A stretch of DNA of 41,085 bases, taken from positions 1 to 41,085 of the forward strand of contig CAZEZV010000001.1 of the NCBI GenBank assembly GCA_964516725.1, in the 5' to 3' direction. Under the pieces are notes generated by a model, which worked only from the letters and a program-made list of their open reading frames with translations, ran no database searches and was not told where the DNA came from. Numbering within the stretch: the first letter of the stretch is position 1; each line of letters opens with the position of its first letter. The position numbers and the translations under genes are program-made. The DNA comes from an uncultured Phycisphaeraceae bacterium. GTDB lineage: Bacteria; Planctomycetota; Phycisphaerae; Phycisphaerales; UBA1924. Of this stretch, positions 8,022-16,040 are shown piece after piece.

Positions 8022-9473
8022 TCACTTCGCCGCCGCATGCTGAACGCTCTGCTTATCGCTCGCATCGCCTTGGAACAACACCTGCACGCGCGTCACGCGA
8101 GTTGGCTCGGCGGAGATCACGAGCACCGTGCCACCTTCGTAGGCAAGCGTTTCGCCCGCTTCGGGAATGCGGCCCATTGACACGGTTACGAAGCCGCCGA
8201 CCGTTTCGTAGTCGCTGCCTTCTGGGAGTTGCACTCCCAGTTCCTTCATGAGTTCGTAGTTGACGTCCTCGATGCTGGCGCGGGCGTCGATCTCCGCCGT
8301 TCGGGTTGCTGCGTCGATCTTCACTTCCGCGGCGTTTTCTTCGGGCTGTTCGTACTCGTCTTGAATATCCCCAAAGACCTCTTCGATAATGTCTTCGATG
8401 GTAATGAGGCCGGCGGTGCCGCCGTATTCGTCGGCGACGAGGGCGATGTGAGTTCGCTTCGCGAGCAATTCGGGCAACAATTCGCGGATGGTTTTGGTTT
8501 CCGGGACAAAGACCGCGGGGCGGAGCAGGGCGCGAAGATCGAACGTTCGACCGCCGCGAGAGCCGCCGCTGGGTGGAGTTGCGAGATTTGCATTCTGGGT
8601 CGCGGCGTGATTCGCAGCGCTTTGTGCGGCTTGCTGGGGCGTGTGCGATGAGTCCGGGTGATGCACCACGGCATCGCCCGCAAGCCACTTCATCAGATCT
8701 TTGACGTAGAACACGCCCACGATGTGATCGAGGTCGCCTTCGTAGACGGGGATGCGTGAATGGCCGATGGTGCGGATCGTCTGCGTGACTTTGGAGAGAT
8801 CGTTGACGAGCGGCATCGCTTCCATCTCGGTGCGAGGCGTCATCACTTGTGCCACAGTGCGATCGCGGAACTTCACGACGGCTTCGATCATGTCGCGCTC
8901 GGTGTCGTCGAACTTTCCTTCGCCCTGCGCCTCATTGACAACGTTGAGCAGCTCCTGCTCGATCGCTCCGTGTTCGTCCTCGCGCGTCTTGCCGGAGAGT
9001 CGGCGGATGATCTCGTCAATCAACCGTGTCAAAGGCCGGAATGGAGCCGTGATGTAATACACCAAACGGATCAACGCCGAGCCCGAGTAGACCGTCTGCT
9101 CCGCGGCGTGGCGAGCGATGGCGGAAGGGATGAGTGTCCCGAAGATCCAGAGAATGAACGACGCGACCGCGACAGCGATCGTGACTTCGACCCATGTCAA
9201 AACAAGCGCGCCGCGAACGACGCTGATCCAGTTCACGAGCGCGACGACGAAGAGCAGGTTGCACACGATGCGGGGGAAACCCATCGCCGCGGCGTGGCCT
9301 TCGACATCGCTGAGAATTCGATCAACCCGGTCCTGGGCTCCGCGGCGTTTGCGGATCGTGGCGATCTCTTCAAGAAGCGAGCGCGAGGTGTCCCTGAGCG
9401 ACTGAGCGAGTGATGACAGCACCAGACCCAGCACCAGAGCGACCAACGCGATGATGATCCACAGTTCGCGCAT
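8022..9473 (-). CDS. CNNM/CorC/TlyC-family protein (DUF21 + CBS pair + CorC_HlyC)
   Basis: The track start at 9485 is GTG. ATG 9473 gives MRELWIIIALV. TM region, then the CBS region MTPRTEMEAMPL...IGHSRIPVYEGDLDHIVGVFYVKDL, then the C-terminal transporter-associated domain. A low-complexity Q/A/S-rich insertion sits inside the CBS-pair region (between VKDL and the second CBS motif). Confidence 0.9.
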   Translation of the reverse strand: MRELWIIIALVALVLGLVLSSLAQSLRDTSRSLLEEIATIRKRRGAQDRVDRILSDVEGHAAAMGFPRIVCNLLFVVALVNWISVVRGALVLTWVEVTIAVAVASFILWIFGTLIPSAIARHAAEQTVYSGSALIRLVYYITAPFRPLTRLIDEIIRRLSGKTREDEHGAIEQELLNVVNEAQGEGKFDDTERDMIEAVVKFRDRTVAQVMTPRTEMEAMPLVNDLSKVTQTIRTIGHSRIPVYEGDLDHIVGVFYVKDLMKWLAGDAVVHHPDSSHTPQQAAQSAANHAATQNANLATPPSGGSRGGRTFDLRALLRPAVFVPETKTIRELLPELLAKRTHIALVADEYGGTAGLITIEDIIEEVFGDIQDEYEQPEENAAEVKIDAATRTAEIDARASIEDVNYELMKELGVQLPEGSDYETVGGFVTVSMGRIPEAGETLAYEGGTVLVISAEPTRVTRVQVLFQGDASDKQSVQHAAAK

Positions 9474-9493
9474 CCTACCAACCACCGAATATG

Positions 9494-9564
9494 GGTAGCA
9501 CGGGCGTCCTGCCCGTGTCAGACCTCAAGCGACGTTCGTCACAGGCGAGGACGCCTGTGCTACC
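9494..9564. repeat. Family B REP-like palindromic pair, copy 1
   Basis: ggtagcacgggcgtcctgcccgtg (9494-9517) and cacaggcgaggacgcctgtgctacc (9540-9564). Each unit is itself a hairpin, and the two units are in inverted orientation. The pair lies between the ybeY stop and the corC start. Confidence 0.75.
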
Positions 9565-10084
9565 GCCGAAAAACGGCACCCACACCAATCGCCTCAAGCA
9601 CTACGTCTTCGACTCGGTGCATGAGAGCCGCGTCCTCTTCTTCATGGTCGTCGTGACCCAAGCAATGCAGTAGTCCGTGGACGACATAGAGCAAAAGTTC
9701 GCGTGGGAAATCGTATCCACGCTGGGATGCCTGCCTTATGGCTTCGTCGAGGCAGATCATGATGTCGGTATCCACCGTGTTCTGGGACTTTTGTTGGTCC
9801 AATAACTTCAGGTCTTCGAGGGGTTTGACGAGTTCGCCAGCCTCTTCGGGGTCGGTCATGTCGAAGGTCAGCACGTCGGTTGTGCCTGGAACTCCAGCGA
9901 ATTCTTCGTGGGCTTTGGCCATCTCGGCGTCGTCGATCACGCGGACTCGCAGCGAGCCGGCGCAACGGAGAGTCAGCGCAGCGCGCTGGCAATTCTCAGC
10001 GAGCCAAGTCAATTGCGCCTTGGTCAGGCGATTGGTGGCGTCGGTCAGTTCGAGGGTGATCGGACGTGGTCGGGGTGTGGTCAA
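9560..10084 (-). CDS. ybeY: rRNA maturation endoribonuclease YbeY
   Basis: The C-terminus carries the YbeY metal motif HGLLHCLGHDDHEEE. The Arg-rich N-terminal 66 aa of the track ORF overlap the upstream gene and are rejected. The proposed TTG start at 10084 overlaps the upstream TGA stop as TTGA, which suggests translational coupling. Confidence 0.85.
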   Translation of the reverse strand: MTTPRPRPITLELTDATNRLTKAQLTWLAENCQRAALTLRCAGSLRVRVIDDAEMAKAHEEFAGVPGTTDVLTFDMTDPEEAGELVKPLEDLKLLDQQKSQNTVDTDIMICLDEAIRQASQRGYDFPRELLLYVVHGLLHCLGHDDHEEEDAALMHRVEDVVLEAIGVGAVFRR

Positions 10085-10452
10085 GCGTCTGACTCTACGC
10101 CGTCGGCGTCGTCGGTCACGACGACGGGGGGTGGCCTGAGCGAGACTTCGATGGCGTCGTGCGCGACGAGAGCGGCGTGGTATTCGGCGGGAATGGTTGA
10201 TTTGCTGTCGCGCAGGCGGGCGAGGGTTTCTCGCGCGGGGACGTACGCAGCGGTGCCGAGGCCTCGGATGATGAGCAGGCGACACTTATCGTCGCGCTCG
10301 GCGTTGGTTTCGAGGCGTGCGAGCAGGGCGCGCAGAAGCGTTTCGCGCTCGGTGGGATTCTGCACGCGCAGGGCGTCCATGATCGCGACACGCCTGATAG
10401 CGGGGCCTGGGTCGGTGAGGCGGGTGAGAAGTTGGGTGATCGGAGAATCCAC
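10081..10452 (-). CDS. hypothetical protein, HEAT/PBS-lyase-like helical repeats
   Basis: 123 aa from GTG 10452. Repeated helical units AIRRVAIMDAL.....RETLLRAL and LIIRGLG....ARETLARL. It sits where phoH is often found upstream of ybeY-corC. Confidence 0.6.
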   Translation of the reverse strand: MDSPITQLLTRLTDPGPAIRRVAIMDALRVQNPTERETLLRALLARLETNAERDDKCRLLIIRGLGTAAYVPARETLARLRDSKSTIPAEYHAALVAHDAIEVSLRPPPVVVTDDADGVESDA

Positions 10453-10466
10453 GATGGCTAACTCTT

Positions 10467-10675
10467 GACGGCGTAGCCGTCGAGGTCAATAGCCATGGAT
10501 AGCCACGAAGTGGCATCCACGGGAAGGGCGAACAAGAACGACAGCACCACAAAGTGGTGCAGGAAGGATGGCGGAACACCTTCGCCACTACGTGGCAATT
10601 CATTGAGAATGCGATTGGATTCCGTGGATGCCGCTTCGCGGCGATCCAGGGCTATTCACCAAATCCGCTACGCGG
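10467..10675. repeat. Family C 209-bp mosaic palindromic element, copy 1
   Basis: 35-bp arms at 10488-10522 and 10622-10656 are complementary at 31 of 35 positions. Small outer hairpins gacggcgtagccgtc and ccgctacgcgg, plus a central hairpin gcaccac-aaag-gtggtgc. Homologous to 32274-32482. Confidence 0.85.
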
Positions 10676-10720
10676 CTGAACGTGCCAGTCCCGTCCTACA
10701 CAATCGCGTAGCCACAACCG

Positions 10721-11473
10721 TCAGTTACCGTTCAAGTCTTCCGGCTGAACCACAACTTCAGTCTGCTGCAATTCGCCTTCCTGCTGAGCGACCGGCGGCA
10801 GGGTTGAGGGCTTGCCGTATTGATCGCCTGTGAGCGACGCGGTGGCCTTGGCCTTCATTTCTCGCTGGGTGATCACAAACTGGTTGGGGTCGTCGACAGC
10901 GGGGACGAAGGAGTATTCAGGAGCGCTGACTTGGCCTGCGGGCCACGATCGCGCGTAGACGACGTTCCAGGGTTTGATGCCGCCTTCCAGGTGAACGGTG
11001 ATGAGTTGGTAGACGGGTGTGCCGTCAGCGCCGGGGCCCATTTCGGGCATGGGTCGGAGGATGTCAACATATGCCTTGTTGAAGCGCATCCAGACGCGGG
11101 TGACGTGGAAGGTGGGCAGACCCAAGGCGACGTTTTTGGGCGTCGCGGGGAGAACTTGCGGGCCCACTTTGCCCGGGATGCGTTCATAGAACACCTTGCG
11201 CATGCCCAAGGGCAGATTGATGACGCACGGGTAATTCACGTAAGGCAAGCCGCGGGGCTCGACTTTGGGATCGTACATGCGTTGGCCGGGCGTCCAGCGC
11301 GAACCAACATATTGCAGCGCGGCGACCATCGCCTGCTCGGTGGCGGGGCGATTGGGGTCTTCGGCGTAGCCCTGAGAGGTTGGAATTTCGGGATAGCTGC
11401 TTTGCTGGTAGCAACCAGTCAGTGACGCGGTGCAAACGAGGGCGGCGAGGAGAATGGATGCGGTGCGAGTCAT
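10721..11473 (-). CDS. lipoprotein, function unknown
   Basis: ATG 11473 is preceded by GGAGGG and gives MTRTASILLAALVCTASLTGC (lipobox). The longer 372-aa track ORF adds a low-complexity S/P-rich extension and is rejected. Confidence 0.8.
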   Translation of the reverse strand: MTRTASILLAALVCTASLTGCYQQSSYPEIPTSQGYAEDPNRPATEQAMVAALQYVGSRWTPGQRMYDPKVEPRGLPYVNYPCVINLPLGMRKVFYERIPGKVGPQVLPATPKNVALGLPTFHVTRVWMRFNKAYVDILRPMPEMGPGADGTPVYQLITVHLEGGIKPWNVVYARSWPAGQVSAPEYSFVPAVDDPNQFVITQREMKAKATASLTGDQYGKPSTLPPVAQQEGELQQTEVVVQPEDLNGN

Positions 11474-11495
11474 GTGTCCCTCCATGGACCAGTGG

Positions 11496-11567
11496 GCCCG
11501 GCGTCTCGCCGGGCACTTTTCGTGAGTGGCGACAATCACATGCGACCTGCCTGGCGGGGACGCCGGG
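11496..11567. repeat. degenerate Family B-like hairpin pair
   Basis: gcccggcg-tct-cgccgggc (11496-11514) and cctggcg-ggga-cgccggg (11550-11567). They share the GGCGTC(C)TCGCC / GGCG(A)GGACGCC cores and the two-unit inverted layout of Family B. Confidence 0.35.
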
Positions 11568-11609
11568 CCTACTGGGGGCAGTTCTTGCGCTTGCGACAAT
11601 ATTAGTCGG

Positions 11610-12665
11610 CTATTTGTGCCCGAACACGAGAGCGACGGCGATTGTGATTGCAATGAACGCGATTCCGGCGACTCGGAGAGGATTGTCCTTGAGGAACATC
11701 TCGGTAGGGTCGTCGTAGGCGCCGCGTTCGATGAGGACCATGCTCCGCAAGAGGGCGTAGGTGGCGGGGAGGATGGTGAACCAGAGCCAGTTGATGCCCG
11801 CGGGGACAAGGGCTGTCGCGAAGGCCGCCGCGCTTTCACGGGATTGGACGTAAAACGCGTAGGTGATCAGCGTTGCAACCGCCGTGACCACGACGCTCAT
11901 GCGGAGGAGTTCGTCGGTGTACTTACCCTGGACGCTGCGGGCGGCCGTAGCGTCATACCCAGCGGCTTCCGCGGTGCGGCGTTCGCCCAGGCGTTTGGCG
12001 AAGGCGAGGAACATGGCGAGGAAGAGCGTGCAGTTGAGCAGCCACGTGCTGGGCATGATGCCGACGGCGACGCAGCCGCCAATGACGCGGAGGACGAAAC
12101 CAAGGGAAAGGCTCAAAACATCGGCAATGACGCGGTGTTTGAGGAAGGCAGAGTACAGCAGAACGTTGAACATGTAGAGGCCCACGAGCAGGAGCGTGCC
12201 GGAACGGAAGTTGCTGTTCAAGAGGAGAGACAGGGCCGCGCCTGCCAGGACGAGCGCGATCATCACGCCAACAGCGAGGGCGGGCGAGATCGCGCCGCTG
12301 GCAATGGGGCGATTGCGTTTTCTGGGGTGGTGACGATCGGCTTCGACGTCGCGGAGATCGTTGTAGATGTAGCAGGCGCTGCTCGCCAAGGCGAAGACTC
12401 CCGCGGCGATCAGGCCTTGGATGATGATGTCCTGCCAGCGGTCTTTGGGGATGTCGCGCAGTCCGTACAGGGGACCCAGAAGTACGAACACGCTCTTGAC
12501 CCACTGATGGGGGCGAGCGAGTTTGACAAGAGCCAGAAGAGAGAACGGGGCGGGCACTATTGGCACATGGGGCGTACTGGCGGCGTTCGCTGCCGGTTCA
12601 ATCGGGGATTGAGCGGCAGAAACTTGCGACGCAGGTTGGGGAACAGGGGCGGACACGTCCGACAA
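11610..12665 (-). CDS. UbiA-family polyprenyl-phosphate phosphoribosyltransferase (decaprenyl-phosphate phosphoribosyltransferase-like)
   Basis: Polytopic. The motif YIYNDLRDVEADRHHPRKRNRPIASG closely resembles the NDxxDxxxD...KR.RPiA.G signature of the Rv3806c-type family. The start is uncertain: TTG 12665, or GTG at 12569 or 12560. Confidence 0.88.
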   Translation of the reverse strand: MSDVSAPVPQPASQVSAAQSPIEPAANAASTPHVPIVPAPFSLLALVKLARPHQWVKSVFVLLGPLYGLRDIPKDRWQDIIIQGLIAAGVFALASSACYIYNDLRDVEADRHHPRKRNRPIASGAISPALAVGVMIALVLAGAALSLLLNSNFRSGTLLLVGLYMFNVLLYSAFLKHRVIADVLSLSLGFVLRVIGGCVAVGIMPSTWLLNCTLFLAMFLAFAKRLGERRTAEAAGYDATAARSVQGKYTDELLRMSVVVTAVATLITYAFYVQSRESAAAFATALVPAGINWLWFTILPATYALLRSMVLIERGAYDDPTEMFLKDNPLRVAGIAFIAITIAVALVFGHK

Positions 12666-12770
12666 TCATCGGCTAGAAACGCCTTGAACCACACACCACA
12701 CGAATCTCCTGCCACCGGGCAACCTCGATCAGATTCAGGCAGCCATGCCGACGGGCAGGGTGTTGCGAAT

Positions 12771-14303
12771 GTGTGGCTGAATGTGGCGGTTGTGGTTGGC
12801 GTGTTTCTGGTTGTGGCTGGGTCGTTCATTGTGGCCCGGGTGATTCCCAATCGAGCTGTGTTTGATCAGCGTCACTACCACCAGCCAACCATCGAAGGGT
12901 TTGCGAAAGAGTGGCCCGCGATTGATGTATGGGATTACCTCTCGGCGACGACGCCTGGGTATCACTGGGTGTTGGCTGGTGTGCTGAAGGTGTTCGGGGC
13001 GGGTGTCGCGGGGTTGCAGGTTGTGTCGATGGTTTTCAGCGCGGGGTTGTTTGGGTTGGTGGCGTGGATGGTGGGGAGAGGGATGAGGGATCGAAGTGGT
13101 GCCGCGCCTGGGTTTGGCGCGGCGTTCCTGTGCATGCCGATTGTGTGCTGTACCTACTTCATTGTGGGCGGGATTGCGCTGCTGCCTGACAACGCGGGGT
13201 GGCTTGGGGTGTGCGCGGTGCTCGCGCTGGCCCTGCATGCGAAGTCGATGCGGGCCTTGTGTGGTGTGGGTTGCGTGGTGCTGCTCGCGCTGGTGCTGAC
13301 GCGGCAGGTGCATCTGTGGACGTGCGGATTGTTGGTGCTGGCGTCGTGGTTGGGGTGTGCGGTGCCAAATGTCACGCAAGATGTCAAGCCTGATTTTTCG
13401 ACAAGGCGATTTTCGCGAGCAGCAATCGCGGCGATTGCTTGCGTGCCGGCGCTGATTGCGGTTGCGCTCTTCGTGCGGTATTGGGGCGGGCTTGTGCCGC
13501 CCCGGTTTCAGTTGCAGTATCCGCCCAAGCCGGTATCGCAATTCTTCGCGTCGCCCGCGCCGGCCTTTGTGCTGAGTGTTTGCGCGATCTTTGGGGCGTT
13601 TTTGATCGGGTTTTGGTGGCAGGGGTTTCGTGCGTTGTGGACGCGGATGCGATGGGTGTTGTTGGTCGTGGTTGTCGTTGGGATGGCTCTGGCGGTTGCG
13701 CCCGCGACAAACTTTGACTATCTCGCGGGTCGGCGAACGGGGTTGTGGAACCTGACGCGGCACGCGCCAGTGCTGTTTGAACGCACGAGTGTGTTGATCG
13801 CGGTGCTTGCGCCGATCGGAGGCGTTGTGCTGGCATCGTTCTTTGTGTCGCTGCGCGAGCGTGGGTTGGTTCGTGATGCCGCAATCCTGCTTGCGACACT
13901 GGCAGGCTACGCAATCGTGCTCACGGCGAGCAACGAGGTGTGGCAGCGGTATGTGGAGCCGTTGGTGTTGGTGGTGATGGTGTTGATGTGTGCAAGGGTT
14001 GGGTTTGAAACTGACGCAGCACTGACGTCGCGGAGCATGGTTGGTGCTGACTCTGAAAAAGGCGCCCCTTCAGTGACGCAAGGCACCGACCGGCTGTCGC
14101 CAATCGGTGGCACGGCGATCAGGTGCGTCGGCGTCGTGAGTCTGTCGATCGCTTTGATTGCGATCACGTTGAAGACTATGAGTGTTGGGTTAGAGAAACT
14201 GAGCGATCCGCCGCCGCCGGCGATTACGGCGGATCACATTGGCCCTACGCCGCCGGTGTTGCTGCCAAGGCCAGAGAAGCCTGCGGGCAAAAAGTTCTGG
14301 TAG
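12771..14303 (+). CDS. GT-C-fold (ArnT/PMT-like) integral membrane glycosyltransferase, putative
   Basis: This is the 3' 510 codons of the 925-aa track ORF, with at least 10 predicted TM helices. The proposed GTG start at 12771 gives (M)WLNVAVVVGVFLVVAG. The upstream part of the ORF is antisense to the UbiA gene and is rejected. The function call rests on topology and context only. Confidence 0.7.
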   Translation: MWLNVAVVVGVFLVVAGSFIVARVIPNRAVFDQRHYHQPTIEGFAKEWPAIDVWDYLSATTPGYHWVLAGVLKVFGAGVAGLQVVSMVFSAGLFGLVAWMVGRGMRDRSGAAPGFGAAFLCMPIVCCTYFIVGGIALLPDNAGWLGVCAVLALALHAKSMRALCGVGCVVLLALVLTRQVHLWTCGLLVLASWLGCAVPNVTQDVKPDFSTRRFSRAAIAAIACVPALIAVALFVRYWGGLVPPRFQLQYPPKPVSQFFASPAPAFVLSVCAIFGAFLIGFWWQGFRALWTRMRWVLLVVVVVGMALAVAPATNFDYLAGRRTGLWNLTRHAPVLFERTSVLIAVLAPIGGVVLASFFVSLRERGLVRDAAILLATLAGYAIVLTASNEVWQRYVEPLVLVVMVLMCARVGFETDAALTSRSMVGADSEKGAPSVTQGTDRLSPIGGTAIRCVGVVSLSIALIAITLKTMSVGLEKLSDPPPPAITADHIGPTPPVLLPRPEKPAGKKFW

Positions 14304-14454
14304 TGGGCGAGTCCGAGGCACTTCTGTTGTTGCTGACAAGCCGCGCGGATTGCGGGTACCGTTCGGTGTGGACGCCTGGGAGTACAAGCCGGCCAAGGAC
14401 GCGAACCTGGCTCCGTTGGAGCGACTCCGCAGCGAGGTGCGCGAGCCGGGGTTG

Positions 14455-15072
14455 ATGTCGCATGTGATCAGCGCGGTGTCGTGGACGGTGTTGCGCGGCT
14501 ACTTCCAGCTGTACAACCGCTTGGAAGTCATCGGAGCAGAACATATTCCTGCGCAGCCGCCCTTTGTTCTCGTCGCCAATCATGCCAGCCATCTTGACGC
14601 GCTCGTGCTGGGTGCGTGTGTGCCGCGCGCGCTGCGGAACGCCGTCTATCCGATCGCGGCGGGCGACGTGTTCTTTGAGTCGTCGGCCCGCATGGTTGTC
14701 GCGGCGACGACGATCAATGCGCTCCCGATTTGGCGCAAGCGCGTGGGCGGGCATGCGCTCGATGATCTCAAGAATCGCTTGCACAGCGGTGAGTGCGCAT
14801 TCATTCTGTTCCCCGAGGGCGCCCGCACGCGGGACGGCAATGCGCTGCGCTGGAAGCCCGGCATCGGCATGATGGTCGCGGGGACAAAGATACCGATTGT
14901 GCCGTGCCGCATCGACGGATGCTTCGAGGTGCTGCGTCCAGGAACGAAGGTTCCAAAGCCGCGCAAGATCCGTGTCACGATGACGCCTGCGATGACGTTC
15001 GAGAACGAGCCTGATGAGCGCAGCGGCTGGGAGAACATTGCCGCGGCGTTGAAGCAGCGGGTTGTGGGCTGA
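14455..15072 (+). CDS. plsC: lysophospholipid / 1-acyl-sn-glycerol-3-phosphate acyltransferase family
   Basis: HX4D motif VANHASHLD and FPEGARTRDG are present. ATG 14455 was chosen; an upstream in-frame GTG at 14368 is also possible. Confidence 0.85.
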   Translation: MSHVISAVSWTVLRGYFQLYNRLEVIGAEHIPAQPPFVLVANHASHLDALVLGACVPRALRNAVYPIAAGDVFFESSARMVVAATTINALPIWRKRVGGHALDDLKNRLHSGECAFILFPEGARTRDGNALRWKPGIGMMVAGTKIPIVPCRIDGCFEVLRPGTKVPKPRKIRVTMTPAMTFENEPDERSGWENIAAALKQRVVG

Positions 15073-15286
15073 ACGTGTCACAGCCAATAACCACGTCAAT
15101 CTAGAGAGGCGATTCCTTGCGCGCTGTCACAGTCGTTGCAGTGCTCGCTCCATCGAACATCCGCTCGCTTGTTTGGTTGCGTACGCCGTGAATTGATGTA
15201 CTTTGTTTTCACGAACCGCTCGAACGCACGCCTTGGCGTGTGCAGCGCGGCTCCAGTTGGACAAGCAAAGACACGGAGCAAGACAC

Positions 15287-15988
15287 ATGAAGACCCGCAT
15301 GATCGCAGCGGCGATTGTTATCGCCGCAATGAGTGGCAGTGCGCTCGCACAGGCCACCATCACCATGAGCACGAATCAACTTCCCAGCGAGCAGGGCTGG
15401 ACGTATCAGACGACCGGTCTGCACGCGGGCACGCCCGAAGTCGTGGCGTTCACGCCCGGCTCAAGCGCTCTTGGCCTCAACACGATGGGCGCTGGGCTCA
15501 ACCTGACCAGTTCGTACCTCGGTGCTCGTAACTTCATGAACGAGTCGCTCTTCACGCCTTCGAGCGTCGTCACCATCGACCTCCGCGCACGCGTCCTCTC
15601 CAGCGAAGTTTCGCTCTACCACTACGGCTTTGGCGTCAGTGTGCAGGGCGGTGGGCGGTGGATGGGCTTTGGGCTTTCAACCACCACGCTCACGTACACC
15701 GACCTGCTCAACCAACCCGCAACCTTCGATCCGACACAGTGGCACGACTACCGCATGGTCGGCAACTGGTCCACCGGCACCTTCCAGATGTTCGTCGACA
15801 ACAACCTCGTCCGCACGGCGAATATGGACTGGCAACACATGGCCGCGAACGCATTCATCGGCGACTCGACCGGCACGGCGAACGCCAACGTCCAGTTGGA
15901 GCGCCTCAACGTGACAATCCCAAGCCCGGCGGGCGCGAGCGTGCTTGCGGGCGGCGGGCTGCTTGCGATGCGTCGGCGACGGAAGTAA
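15287..15988 (+). CDS. secreted protein with PEP-CTERM-type C-terminal sorting signal
   Basis: ATG 15287 has GGAG 8 nt upstream. Signal peptide MKTRMIAAAIVIAAMSGSALA. The C-terminus IPSPAGASVLAGGGLLAMRRRRK shows a P-x-P motif, a TM helix and an Arg cluster. Confidence 0.85.
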   Translation: MKTRMIAAAIVIAAMSGSALAQATITMSTNQLPSEQGWTYQTTGLHAGTPEVVAFTPGSSALGLNTMGAGLNLTSSYLGARNFMNESLFTPSSVVTIDLRARVLSSEVSLYHYGFGVSVQGGGRWMGFGLSTTTLTYTDLLNQPATFDPTQWHDYRMVGNWSTGTFQMFVDNNLVRTANMDWQHMAANAFIGDSTGTANANVQLERLNVTIPSPAGASVLAGGGLLAMRRRRK

Positions 15989-16040
15989 GAACGTCGTTAC
16001 ACCGAAAAGACAATGCGCAGTGGTTCACATCCGCGGGTTT

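Noticed and set aside
9560-10285. Full 241-aa version of the ybeY ORF
   Set aside because: The first 66 residues are an Arg/Pro-rich stretch that overlaps the upstream HEAT-like gene in another frame. YbeY homology begins only after the TTG at 10084.
10495-10833. ORFs beginning MDSHEVAST or MDSREAAST (also 32303-32722 plus strand and 32128-32454 minus strand)
   Set aside because: The shared peptide appears on both strands only because the Family C repeat arms are self-palindromic. The ORFs diverge immediately outside the repeat. Artefacts of the repeat.
11526-12770. N-terminal ~415 aa of the 925-aa plus-strand ORF (11526-14303)
   Set aside because: It runs antisense to the well-supported UbiA-family gene. 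The translation is Gly/Asp/Arg/Glu-rich low complexity with no TM helices or motifs. Long shadow ORFs like this are expected opposite real genes in GC-rich DNA. Only the part from ~12771 looks like a real polytopic membrane protein.
12735-13763. 342-aa minus-strand ORF
   Set aside because: Antisense to the GT-C gene. The composition is extremely Arg/Pro/His/Gln-rich. Shadow ORF.
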